NCBI GenBank assembly: GCA_964458565.1
Contig: CAYWJO010000011.1
Span: forward strand, 1 to 64,000
Reading direction: 5' to 3'
Length of the DNA: 64,000 nt
From: an uncultured archaeon
GTDB lineage: Archaea; Asgardarchaeota; Thorarchaeia; Thorarchaeales; Thorarchaeaceae
Every line of letters begins with the position of its first letter. Within the stretch, counting starts at the first letter, position 1. Below the pieces are notes generated by a model, which worked only from the letters and a program-made list of their open reading frames with translations, ran no database searches and was not told the origin of the DNA. The translations under genes and the position numbers were made by a program. This document shows positions 9,946-19,319 of this stretch, piece by piece.

Positions 9946-10416
9946 ATGGATGATCTTGACAAGTCCCTTATCCGATTTCTTCAACGTGATGCACGGACTC
10001 CATTCACCAAGATTGCAGAAGAACTTGGACAACCTGATACTACGATACACTTCAGAACACGAAAGCTGAAAGAGAAAGATGTTGTTTCAAGATTTAGTGC
10101 AATAGTAAATCCTAAGGCGCTTGGCTATTCCACAGCTGCAATTCTTCGAATCGAAATCGGTGGACATATAATTCCCGAGATAAGTAAAGATAGGTCTCGG
10201 TCTTTTGCTGAAGAGCTAGCTCAAGATGAGCAATACCTCTGGGTAGCAGTTGACAAAGAACCCATGACCGTCTATGCCCTTGTGATGGGGTTTGATGAAA
10301 CTGATTTGACTACACGTGCTGAAAAACTCCGAAAGACTGCGGATGTTGTAGATGTCACAATAACTCCTGTCGGGAAAGTTGTAAAGGGATGGGAGATAAC
10401 AGGTTGGCCTCAATAG
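9946..10416 (+). CDS. Lrp/AsnC family transcriptional regulator
   Basis: MDDLDKSLIRFLQRDARTPFTKIA HTH start. Confidence 0.92.
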   Translation: MDDLDKSLIRFLQRDARTPFTKIAEELGQPDTTIHFRTRKLKEKDVVSRFSAIVNPKALGYSTAAILRIEIGGHIIPEISKDRSRSFAEELAQDEQYLWVAVDKEPMTVYALVMGFDETDLTTRAEKLRKTADVVDVTITPVGKVVKGWEITGWPQ

Positions 10417-10430
10417 AAGGTGAGTGTTTT

Positions 10431-11138
10431 ATGAGTCGCACACAGACAGGCATCACCGGTCTTGATGGTCTTATGGATGGGGGCTTTGTTAGAGGCAGCA
10501 CTATTCTTCTATCTGGTCGAAGTGGTTCTGGAAAGACAATCTTTGGATTACAATTCCTTTACTTTGGTGCTACTAAATATGATGAGTCCGGAGTATTAGT
10601 TACACTTGAAGCCAGACCAAAAGATCTACGTGAAGAAGCCCTTCGGTTTGGCTGGGATTTTAAGGTATTAGAAGATCAAGAAAAATTAATTCTCATCGAC
10701 GCGGCATCTAATAAAGCAGGACTTGCCACATCTGAGAAATTCACTCTTAAACGAGGTTTTGATATTACTGCTCTAGCTGAGGCAATCTATGCAGCAATCC
10801 AGAGTATTGGTGCTAAACGAGTGGTTATAGACTGTCTCTCTGGTCTGAGTATTAGGTTCGATGAACCATCCGAAGTTCGTACTACAGTATTCAGAATAGG
10901 TTCGCTTCTTCGTGAGCTTGGAGTCACATCGATTCTTATAGGTGAAACCAACAGCCCTGTTGAGCAGAGTAAAGCCGGTGTGGAACAATTTCTTACGCAA
11001 GGTCTTATTGTACTTAATTTGACAGAAGGCGATTCAGGTTTGGAAAGGGACCTAGTCATTTGGAAGATGCGTCAGACATCTCATAGCCTAAAGAAACATC
11101 CATTCAAGATTGATGACAAAGGAATATCCCTGATTTAG
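10431..11138 (+). CDS. KaiC/RAD55-like single-domain RecA-superfamily ATPase
   Basis: TGITGLD-GG, Walker A GRSGSGKT, RVVID, KMRQTSH; GGTGA SD before ATG at 10431. Confidence 0.92.
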   Translation: MSRTQTGITGLDGLMDGGFVRGSTILLSGRSGSGKTIFGLQFLYFGATKYDESGVLVTLEARPKDLREEALRFGWDFKVLEDQEKLILIDAASNKAGLATSEKFTLKRGFDITALAEAIYAAIQSIGAKRVVIDCLSGLSIRFDEPSEVRTTVFRIGSLLRELGVTSILIGETNSPVEQSKAGVEQFLTQGLIVLNLTEGDSGLERDLVIWKMRQTSHSLKKHPFKIDDKGISLI

Positions 11139-11626
11139 AAAAAGGCGAACAACTGAATCATTAGATATCCTATAAACAAAAGAGGAATCAATGCAGGTAT
11201 TCTCGTTTCCTCTTTATTTCTCAATTGAGACCATATAATACCAAGAATCAACATCGCGAGGATTTGAAGAGAACCTGCAATGAATGCCTCAAAATACACC
11301 CATTCCCATTCAGTAAATTCAATTCCAGGACTTATAATAGAAACTAAGATGAACATCTTGACATCTGCTCCTCCCATTACTTTCCTATTATACAGGAACA
11401 AGGGTAAGGCCGATGTGACTAAAGCAAAGAAATGTAATTGCCAATTATTGATTATATGTCCAGTAAATATCCCGATAATCACACCAATGACTCCCAATAC
11501 GAGAAACACTCGATTAGAAACTCGTCTATCTCTCAGATCGAAAAAGCTAGTTATGATAAACATGACATCCAAGGTGATGAATGCAATAATCGATGCTTCA
11601 TTGATGATGAGTACCATACAAAACAC
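11135..11626 (-). CDS. Prepilin peptidase (A24 family)
   Basis: DLRDRRVSN and MGGADVK catalytic-Asp motifs in TM context. Confidence 0.85.
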   Translation of the reverse strand: MFCMVLIINEASIIAFITLDVMFIITSFFDLRDRRVSNRVFLVLGVIGVIIGIFTGHIINNWQLHFFALVTSALPLFLYNRKVMGGADVKMFILVSIISPGIEFTEWEWVYFEAFIAGSLQILAMLILGIIWSQLRNKEETRIPALIPLLFIGYLMIQLFAFF

Positions 11627-11778
11627 CTTGAAGTATAATGATGAATTCCATTCTTTAGTATATAGACATCACTAATACGTACGAACAGCAAGACAGATTA
11701 ATAGCGATTTTTCAGACTCGTCATGACAGAGATATCCGACCTCTGTTTACAATCAAAATTCAACAGAAGCTGATAGTC

Positions 11779-12666
11779 TTGAAAGATCCATATCAGGTAA
11801 TACATGATACTACTTTCCGTCTTTTGAAAATGGCGGCCACAGTACTGCCAAAGGACATTGAAGACGCTCTAAGAGCTGCTCATGACCGTGAAACTAATGA
11901 AACCGCGAAGACACAGTTCTCAGCAATCTTGAAGAACATAGAAATTGCTAGAACTGGAATTCCCATGTGCCAGGATACAGGCATAATGATCTTCTATGTG
12001 AAGGTTGGTGAGAAGTTTCCATTCATTGGTGAGATCAAAACTGCTCTTGAAGCTGGCACAAAGAAAGCAACTGCGGAGGTCCCTCTAAGACCCAATGCTG
12101 TAAATCCTATTGTAGGTGGAAATAGTGGTGATAATACTGGTAAGAAAATCCCTTGGATTAATTGGGAGATAGTCCCCGGTGACGGTCTCGAGATAACTGC
12201 ATTTCCAAAGGGTGGGGGGAGTGAGAACGCAAGTATTGTAGGTATGTTAAAGCCTGGTGTCGGTCTTACGGGTGTAAAGAAACTGATTGTCGACAACGCC
12301 TTGAGCTATATGGGAAAAGCATGTTCTCCAAACATCATCGGTGTCGGTATTGGTGGAGGTGCTGATATCGCCATTAAAATTGCTAAAGAACAACTAAGAC
12401 GCCCTTTGAATGACAGGCATCCTGAACCTGAAGTGGCAAAGATCGAGGCGGAACTCATGGATGCCATCAACACATCTGGGATAGGTCCAATGGGTCTCGG
12501 GGGTGACACAACAGTTTTGGGAGTTAAGGTCGATTATGCTATGAGGCATCCTGCGAGTTTACCTGTTGGTGTTGCTGTACAATGTTGGGCTGCACGTCAT
12601 AGTAAGGCAATAATCTCGAAAGACTTGGATGTTGAATACATCACTCATCCTCTGGAGGGACACTAG
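11779..12666 (+). CDS. Fe-S fumarate hydratase, alpha subunit
   Basis: PMCQDTG, PKGGGSEN, GIGPMGLGG, QCWA. Confidence 0.92.
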   Translation: MKDPYQVIHDTTFRLLKMAATVLPKDIEDALRAAHDRETNETAKTQFSAILKNIEIARTGIPMCQDTGIMIFYVKVGEKFPFIGEIKTALEAGTKKATAEVPLRPNAVNPIVGGNSGDNTGKKIPWINWEIVPGDGLEITAFPKGGGSENASIVGMLKPGVGLTGVKKLIVDNALSYMGKACSPNIIGVGIGGGADIAIKIAKEQLRRPLNDRHPEPEVAKIEAELMDAINTSGIGPMGLGGDTTVLGVKVDYAMRHPASLPVGVAVQCWAARHSKAIISKDLDVEYITHPLEGH

Positions 12667-12667
12667 A

Positions 12668-13276
12668 ATGGCTGAATATCATCTCACAACACCACTCTCT
12701 GAAGAAGAAATTCGGAAACTAAAAGTTGGTGACATTGTCTATGTTACAGGCGAACATGTTTACACAGCTCGTGATGAAGCACATGAACGAGCCTTGCACA
12801 TGTACGAAAAGGGCGAAAAGCCTCCTGTAGACTTTGAAGGTAGTGTAATCTATCACGTTGGTCCTGTAGCTTGGCAAAAGGATGGTAAATGGCAAATCGT
12901 ATCCGCAGGACCCACGACAAGCATCAGGATGGAACTATTCGAAGATGAGTTTCTTCGCAAGTACAAAGCCAGAATCTTGGTAGGGAAGGGCGGAATGGGT
13001 GCTAAGACGCTAGCTGCTCTAAAAGAAGTTGGCGCTGTATACACAAGTTATACTGGTGGGTGCGGTGCTCTAGCTGCGAAAGGCCTCAAGGAAGTTCGTG
13101 CGTATGAGTGGTCTGATCTTGGTATGCCTGAGGCGCTCTGGGTCATCACCGCAGAAGAATTCGGTCCATTACTTGTTACAATGGACTCACATGGGGATAG
13201 TCTTCACGATGTGATTGATGAGCGAGTCAAGGCAAAGAAAGCAGCCATTTACGCTAAAATTGGGATTACTGAATAG
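12668..13276 (+). CDS. Fe-S fumarate hydratase, beta subunit
   Basis: TARDEAH, GPTTSIRM, GKGGM, LGMPEA; ATG at 12668 directly after the alpha stop. Confidence 0.92.
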   Translation: MAEYHLTTPLSEEEIRKLKVGDIVYVTGEHVYTARDEAHERALHMYEKGEKPPVDFEGSVIYHVGPVAWQKDGKWQIVSAGPTTSIRMELFEDEFLRKYKARILVGKGGMGAKTLAALKEVGAVYTSYTGGCGALAAKGLKEVRAYEWSDLGMPEALWVITAEEFGPLLVTMDSHGDSLHDVIDERVKAKKAAIYAKIGITE

Positions 13277-13284
13277 GCATATCG

Positions 13285-13310
13285 GAGCTTCATAGAGTTT
13301 CATGAAGCTC
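13285..13310 (+). terminator. Stem-loop after fumarase beta
   Basis: GAGCTTCAT-8nt-ATGAAGCTC followed by a pyrimidine tract. Confidence 0.6.
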
Positions 13311-13575
13311 TCCTTTCACTCTTTTAGAACTCTTGTTGATATTGTAACGAAATTGGTCGAAATTTCCCGGAAATCTTCTAAATTGAGATATCTAATTCCT
13401 TGTTTATGGCAAAAAGTCGTATTGGTTTATATCTATCTACCAGAAGAAACAATATCAGTCGTTTTTTCCCAATAGGGAGATTTTTGAGAGGGACTAAATC
13501 TCCATGAAAAGCCAATTTAGCAGATATTGCCATCATACATATCGAAATTATACTCAAAATGGAGGCACTTGAACA

Positions 13576-13764
13576 TTGGATTTCGAAACCGCGATAATTT
13601 TGGACATGATTCTCAGTTCTGAAATTCCGTATGAGGACAAAAACTCAGTAAGATTTGAGGTTGATGAGCAATATAACCACCCCCAATACATGAAGATATG
13701 GATTATTTCATTAAATGAAGTAAGTGAAGAAAAACAATCTGTTTTCATCGAACAATTTCATTGA
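13576..13764 (+). CDS. Small acidic hypothetical protein
   Basis: 62-aa ORF, TTG start with GGAGG at 13561; hairpin downstream at ~13807-13835. Confidence 0.45.
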   Translation: MDFETAIILDMILSSEIPYEDKNSVRFEVDEQYNHPQYMKIWIISLNEVSEEKQSVFIEQFH

Positions 13765-13921
13765 AAATATTGTTTTTCTTCCTTTTATAATCATAGAAAA
13801 ATTCGGTTTCCTTCACCCCCCCTCTTGAGGGGAAAGTAGCATTTTCTCTTAATTTATTATCAACACTAGGTTCCTAGAAGTTCAACCATCAATTCACTGA
13901 ACAATAAGTCAGTGAAGAACA

Positions 13922-14008
13922 ATGATGTACAGCGACGATCCCCTTAACGGCCCCGAGATCCCATGGAATAATGATGATCCACTCAATGGACCTGAACTTC
14001 CCTGGTGA
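13922..14008 (+). CDS. 28-aa micropeptide MMYSDDPLNGPEIPWNNDDPLNGPELPW with a duplicated core
   Basis: Translated directly from the sequence; the repeat copies differ mostly at synonymous positions; AT-rich box upstream and hairpin downstream. Confidence 0.75.
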   Translation: MMYSDDPLNGPEIPWNNDDPLNGPELPW

Positions 14009-14042
14009 ACTCAATCAAAGTTCGAGTGCCTTAGAAATCTAT

Positions 14043-14077
14043 GAGATACGGAAGGGTATAAAGTCCCTCTGTATCTC
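14043..14077 (+). terminator. Stem-loop after the micropeptide gene
   Basis: GAGATACGGAAGGG-8nt-CCCTCTGTATCTC, followed by a T-rich tract. Confidence 0.6.
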
Positions 14078-14370
14078 TAGCAATTTCTTTTTTAATTCCA
14101 ATTCCAACCATTTTAAGCAGTTTATCTGCTCCCCTCATTGTTTTGATTTATTGATTACTATCCAAATAGGGGAATCATTCCATAAATTGCTATAAAAATT
14201 ATTACAAGTACAAATAGGAATAATAGGATGTTCCCAGTATCCATTCTTATGCACCCCGGCTGAAATTAAATCACTGAACTTTCCTTATTATAATTAGGTG
14301 TGCCAATAATATTAGGCATTTCTGACGTAACATTTTGGCGCGAAATGAAGAAATGCGCAATCGAGATAAC

Positions 14371-14859
14371 TTACTCCTCAAATCTATCATCCGCAATATA
14401 GCGCTCATCATCAGATGACATTTCTTTAATCCACCCATCAACAACGCTCTTTCTATCATCAAATTTTGAGATATAGGGTTTGATATCAAGAAGCGGAGTG
14501 CCATTCAACATATCAGCACCTCTAAACACTATAATATGTCTGCCAACTTCAATAAATTCCACAATCGAAATACCAATTGGATTGGGACGAGAAGGAACCC
14601 TTGTAGCAAATACACCATGCTGTCTATCATCAAGATATGGCGTGACCAACAATTCAGGTTTTTTTGCTCTATCAAACCAATAAATCAAATACCCATGAGA
14701 AAAGAGTTCCAAAGACTTGAGACCTGCTGAATATTCTGGATTGATAATCGCCCGTCCAACGCTCTGCGAATATATTGGTTGAATAGGCGTGCTTTCGCTT
14801 GACTCGTACTCTGTTTCGATAACTCCAATGGGAACAACTCGATATTCTGAAGATGACAT
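14371..14859 (-). CDS. tsaA: tRNA m6t6A37 methyltransferase TrmO/TsaA
   Basis: GVFATRVPSRPNPIG, GTPLLDIKPY. Confidence 0.93.
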   Translation of the reverse strand: MSSSEYRVVPIGVIETEYESSESTPIQPIYSQSVGRAIINPEYSAGLKSLELFSHGYLIYWFDRAKKPELLVTPYLDDRQHGVFATRVPSRPNPIGISIVEFIEVGRHIIVFRGADMLNGTPLLDIKPYISKFDDRKSVVDGWIKEMSSDDERYIADDRFEE

Positions 14860-14992
14860 ATATCCTTATTTCTCTCACTTCACTATAACGATTTTGTTCT
14901 AATAGAAAACATACCCTCAACAGTAAGCTATAAACGTTGAAACTTGACCGCCGAGTCCGTACAAGACAGAGCTCTCTATTGGAGGACTATCA

Positions 14993-16690
14993 TTGGAACA
15001 ACTTCCTTACAAGACAATTCTTTGTGACGTTCTCGTTGTGGGTGCTGGTGGTGCAGGCTGTAGAGCTGCAATCGAAGCATCAAAACACAACTTAGACGTC
15101 ATCATGCTCAGTAAAGAGCTCCTCGGTAAGGCTCATACAGCAATGGCCGAGGGCGGTTATAATGTATCATTAGGCAATGTTGACCCTGATGACGATCCTG
15201 AAACCCACTTCAAAGATACAATAGTTGGTGGGAACTATTTGAATAACCAGAATCTTGCTGAAATTCTTGTCCGTGATGCACCTCAGAGGATCTTTGATCT
15301 CGAGGATATGGGTGCTGTGTTTGACAGGACACCAGAGGGCAAGATTGCACAACGCACATTCGGTAAGCAATCTTGGCGACGGACTGCCTATGCATCTGAC
15401 CGAACTGGTTCTGAGATCATGGTGACATTGACGGAGGGTATTCGAAAGGCCTCAGTACGTGTGTTCGATGAAGTATTTGCTACCAAACTCCTAGTCACAG
15501 ATGGTAAAATCTCAGGAGTCACCGCTGTTGACCTTAAGTATGGAGACTACCTAGTCTTCAGAGCGAAATCTGTAGTCATGGCGACTGGTGGTGCCGGTCG
15601 GATTTTCAAAGTCACAAGCAACGCACAACTCGACGTTGGTGATGGTTACGGAATGGCATATGAGGCTGGTTGCGAACTAATAGATATGGAAATGGTGCAG
15701 TTTCACCCTACAGGTCAGGTTGTACCTGAATCAGCGCGTGGACGACTAGTTACCGAAGCAGTTCGAGGAGAAGGAGGAATTCTTCTGAATAATAAGGGAG
15801 AACGATTCATGAATCGCTACTATCCCGAAGTTATGGAGTTAGCTGGTCGCGATCAAGTAGCTCGATCAATTATGACTGAGGTATTAGAGGGTCGTGGGTC
15901 TCCAAATGGTGGAGCATATCTGAGTATTAGTCATCTGCCTGCACAAATCATTGAGTACCGCCTAGAAAGCATGATTGAGCAGTGTGAAGACTCTGGAGTA
16001 GATCTAAGACATGAACCAGTCGAGGTATCACCAACAGCACACCATTTCATGGGTGGTATCAGAATCGATGAGAACTCAGCTACGAACATACCTGGACTCT
16101 TCGCATCTGGGGAATGCACTGGTGGAGTTCATGGTGGTAACAGACTTGGTGGAAATGCCCTAGCTGATACTCAAGTCTTCGGTGCGCTTTCTGGCGAAAA
16201 CGCAGCTCAGTATGCAAAACATGCATCTCATCTTGGAGTTAATCGAGACGAAATCCACCACGAATTCAAAAGATTGGAAGACATGCTGAGGCGTGATAAA
16301 GGAATCTCTCCAGCTGATGCAAGAAGTGAACTCACTGAACTGATGTGGGCCAAAGTTCAGATATTTCGAAAGGAAGAAGACATGGCTAGTGCGGTAAAAG
16401 AACTGAGAAGAATCGAGAAAGAGGTTGTACCAAATATAAAAGTCGATGTACCAGTCAAGCGTTTCAATCCTGGTTGGCATCAGGCAATGGAGTTTGTTCA
16501 TATGGTGACCACAGCAAGAATGGTCGCTGAAGCCGCAGTAATTCGAAAGGGCAATAGGGGTGCCCATTATCGAGTAGATGCTGATCCAAACGATAAGGGT
16601 TACTATAATATCGTTATTCGAAAGGGCAACGATGGCGAAATGGAATTGGAAAAGACGGACTTAGTGATTACCAAGATAACTCCACCATAG
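14993..16690 (+). CDS. tfrA: Thiol:fumarate reductase flavoprotein subunit
   Basis: GAGGAG FAD fold, QFHPTG, TEAVRGEGG, HHFMGG, HGGNRLGGN; adjacent to a CCG-type B subunit. Confidence 0.88.
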   Translation: MEQLPYKTILCDVLVVGAGGAGCRAAIEASKHNLDVIMLSKELLGKAHTAMAEGGYNVSLGNVDPDDDPETHFKDTIVGGNYLNNQNLAEILVRDAPQRIFDLEDMGAVFDRTPEGKIAQRTFGKQSWRRTAYASDRTGSEIMVTLTEGIRKASVRVFDEVFATKLLVTDGKISGVTAVDLKYGDYLVFRAKSVVMATGGAGRIFKVTSNAQLDVGDGYGMAYEAGCELIDMEMVQFHPTGQVVPESARGRLVTEAVRGEGGILLNNKGERFMNRYYPEVMELAGRDQVARSIMTEVLEGRGSPNGGAYLSISHLPAQIIEYRLESMIEQCEDSGVDLRHEPVEVSPTAHHFMGGIRIDENSATNIPGLFASGECTGGVHGGNRLGGNALADTQVFGALSGENAAQYAKHASHLGVNRDEIHHEFKRLEDMLRRDKGISPADARSELTELMWAKVQIFRKEEDMASAVKELRRIEKEVVPNIKVDVPVKRFNPGWHQAMEFVHMVTTARMVAEAAVIRKGNRGAHYRVDADPNDKGYYNIVIRKGNDGEMELEKTDLVITKITPP

Positions 16691-16702
16691 GAGGCAATCA
16701 AC

Positions 16703-18274
16703 ATGGCGAAAATTATCAAAGCTAAAGTTTACAGGTATAATCCCGATACTGACGATGCACCATATTATCAAAACTTTGATGTCGAATATGAAACCGGAAT
16801 GACTGTCCTTGACGCTCTCTTAGACATCCAAGACAAATACGATTCAAGCTTGGCCTTTAGATGGGAGTGTAGAGGTGGTCAGTGTGGTTCTTGTGCAGTC
16901 AAGGTCAATGGAACAGCCAGAATCGCCTGCAGGACAAAGGTAGAGCCAGATGAGAACCTTCTCATTGAGCCACTTGAGAAGATGCCCATCATCAAAGATC
17001 TTGTGACTGATATGGCTCAGACGACCTACCGTATAAGACGAATTCGCCCCTATGTTTCTCGTGACAAATTGCCTGAACAACATCCTGAGATAATTCATGC
17101 TGAAGAGATAGAAAAGCTTCGCGAGATACGAAAATGTATCGAGTGCAGCGCGTGCATTTCAAACTGTCCCATCGTTCATGAGACTTGGGATTATCCTGGA
17201 CCTATGATTATCCGTCAGATTGCACGACTTGAGTTAGACCCACGAGATGTAGAAGATCGTGTTGCAATGGCAATGAACGAGTCTTTGTATAGCTGTACGA
17301 CCTGTCGGATGTGTACCGATATATGTCCAAAGAAGATTGACATTCCAGGTCTAGCAGTGGAATTACTACGTGCCAAAGCAGTAGAGGCGGGATATCCACT
17401 AGCATCTGGTCAACAAGGCTTTATTGATTCTGTCAATCAGACAGGACGTTCCGTTCCAGAAAAGGGTATTCCATTGTTGAAGGGCATAGACACTGAAGAG
17501 TTTCTTGTCAAAAATCCGCAAGGACGTGTAGGATTCTTTACTGGTTGCCTTATTGATTATAGAATGCAGAGTACGGGGAAAGCGCTGATTGACGTCTTGA
17601 ATCGAAATAATGTGGATGTCATTGTGCCGAAAGAGCAATGGTGCTGTGCAAGTCCTGCATTCAGGACTGGAGACTTAACCACTGCTTATGCCTCCGCTGA
17701 ACGAGTGACTGAGATATTTGAAGCTGCTATGGAGAAATATGAATTCGATACAGTTATCGTAGCATGTGCAGGTTGCGGTAAGACACTCAGACAGGATCAT
17801 AGGCCTCTCATCGAGGAGAAACGTGGTACACCTCCGAAATTCATGGTCTTTGATCTTGCAGAATATCTACTTGATGTAATTGGTGAAGATAATCTTGTAA
17901 AACCGAAAGGCGAAATTAAGATGAAAATCACGTATCACGAACCATGCCATCTCGGAAGAGGCCAAGGGGTTATTGATCAGCCTATTGAGCTTCTGAAGAT
18001 GATACCAGGTGTGGAGTATATCGATGACCCATACAAAAATCGATGTTGCGGTGCTGGGGGTGGAGTTCGTGCTGGTCAGCGTGAGCTCTCTATGAAGATT
18101 GCTCTAACCAAACGTGAGTATATTGAGGCAACAGGTGCTGACATGGTGACAACGGAGTGTCCATTCTGTACAATTCAACTCATTGATATTCTGAAGGAAT
18201 CGGACAAAGGTATCCAGACCCGTTATATTCCTGATCTCCTCGCTGAATCTTACAGACTTGGTGATGAGGAGTAA
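16703..18274 (+). CDS. tfrB: Thiol:fumarate reductase Fe-S subunit (SdhB-like domain plus HdrD-like CCG domains)
   Basis: CRGGQCGSC 2Fe-2S; CIECSACISNCP and CTTCRMCTDICP 4Fe-4S; WCCASP, YHEPCHL, CCGAGGG, CPFC. Confidence 0.88.
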   Translation: MAKIIKAKVYRYNPDTDDAPYYQNFDVEYETGMTVLDALLDIQDKYDSSLAFRWECRGGQCGSCAVKVNGTARIACRTKVEPDENLLIEPLEKMPIIKDLVTDMAQTTYRIRRIRPYVSRDKLPEQHPEIIHAEEIEKLREIRKCIECSACISNCPIVHETWDYPGPMIIRQIARLELDPRDVEDRVAMAMNESLYSCTTCRMCTDICPKKIDIPGLAVELLRAKAVEAGYPLASGQQGFIDSVNQTGRSVPEKGIPLLKGIDTEEFLVKNPQGRVGFFTGCLIDYRMQSTGKALIDVLNRNNVDVIVPKEQWCCASPAFRTGDLTTAYASAERVTEIFEAAMEKYEFDTVIVACAGCGKTLRQDHRPLIEEKRGTPPKFMVFDLAEYLLDVIGEDNLVKPKGEIKMKITYHEPCHLGRGQGVIDQPIELLKMIPGVEYIDDPYKNRCCGAGGGVRAGQRELSMKIALTKREYIEATGADMVTTECPFCTIQLIDILKESDKGIQTRYIPDLLAESYRLGDEE

Positions 18275-18281
18275 TATGAAC

Positions 18282-18302
18282 GAGAGGAGATAATCTCCTC
18301 TC
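18282..18302. terminator. Stem-loop between convergent tfrB and the HxlR gene
   Basis: GAGAGGAGA-TAA-TCTCCTCTC followed by a T tract. Confidence 0.6.
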
Positions 18303-18314
18303 TTTTCCTATTTT

Positions 18315-18677
18315 TCAATAATCAACCCACTTCTTTCCCCACTCTCGAATATAATCCAATGCAGGTTTCAATTCCAGACCCTTCTCAGTTAATGAATACT
18401 CGACACGCGGTGGTATCTCTGCAAAAGCCTCTCTCTTGACAACGCCAAAATCTACTAGTTCTTTCAGTCTCTCTGTGATTGTCTTCGTACTACCCCTTAC
18501 CTCTCTTGTAATTATATTGAATCTAGCAACTCCAAATTCAATCAGAACTCGAAGAATACCTAATGTGTACCTCTTGCTGAAGAGGGACAGAACTCTTCTG
18601 TAAGGACACTGTTCAGTGCAATACTCTTGAATCCCTTCAAGACAGCGTTTTTTTTCTTTGACTTCTACGTTTTCCAT
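18315..18677 (-). CDS. HxlR family winged-helix regulator
   Basis: CP...RF...LKEL...EIPPRVEYSLTEKG. Confidence 0.92.
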   Translation of the reverse strand: MENVEVKEKKRCLEGIQEYCTEQCPYRRVLSLFSKRYTLGILRVLIEFGVARFNIITREVRGSTKTITERLKELVDFGVVKREAFAEIPPRVEYSLTEKGLELKPALDYIREWGKKWVDY

Positions 18678-18690
18678 AGCTCCACCACCA

Positions 18691-18712
18691 TTGCTTTACT
18701 TCTGTAAAGCAA
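18691..18712. promoter_or_regulatory. Perfect 9-4-9 palindrome, putative HxlR operator
   Basis: TTGCTTTAC-TTCT-GTAAAGCAA between the divergent HxlR and methyltransferase genes. Confidence 0.65.
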
Positions 18713-18775
18713 CTTTATTGCTTTCCTCTTTCCCATTTAAATACTTTAGAAATTACACTATTTATAGTGATATAA

Positions 18776-19312
18776 ATGAGTACCGTTCACAGACATCAAT
18801 CAAATATCAGCTATAAGATAATGGCCGCCTATCTGAGATTTCGAGAGCGTTCCAGAAGACCTACAGCCCTTTTACAACGACTTGGGGTTGATAGGGGTCA
18901 TTCAGTACTTGATTTTGGATGTGGTATTGGAAGTTATTCAATTCCTGCAGCTCATATTGTTGGCCCTGAAGGCCATGTCTATGCACTAGATATTCATCCG
19001 GTTGCTATTGCACAAGTCAGGAAACGAGTTAAGAATGAAAACCTCAAGAATGTGTCAACTATCCAATCTGGACTTGAAACAGGTTTGGATAGTTTGAGCT
19101 TGGACTTCGTTTTTCTCTTTGATGTCTTCACTTGGATAAGCAACAAAGAAGAACTCATAAGTGAACTCTATAGAGTTTTGAAGAAGTCTGGTGTATTTGC
19201 TGTAATAATCGATCATATTGAACCATCTGAGTTCACGAAGGTTATTGAAAGGACAGACCTATTCACCATTGACAGTCAGGAGGAAAATCTCTTTATCTTA
19301 AGCAAGGCGTGA
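18776..19312 (+). CDS. Class I SAM-dependent methyltransferase
   Basis: VLDFGCGIG motif I, VYALDI, LYRVLKKSG. Confidence 0.9.
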   Translation: MSTVHRHQSNISYKIMAAYLRFRERSRRPTALLQRLGVDRGHSVLDFGCGIGSYSIPAAHIVGPEGHVYALDIHPVAIAQVRKRVKNENLKNVSTIQSGLETGLDSLSLDFVFLFDVFTWISNKEELISELYRVLKKSGVFAVIIDHIEPSEFTKVIERTDLFTIDSQEENLFILSKA

Positions 19313-19319
19313 TTTCTAA

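Noticed and set aside
14006-14080. Selenocysteine readthrough of the micropeptide TGA using the downstream ATGA-hairpin as a SECIS
   Set aside because: The 3' arm pairs Watson-Crick with GAGA and lacks the opposing GA; the stop falls exactly at the end of the second repeat
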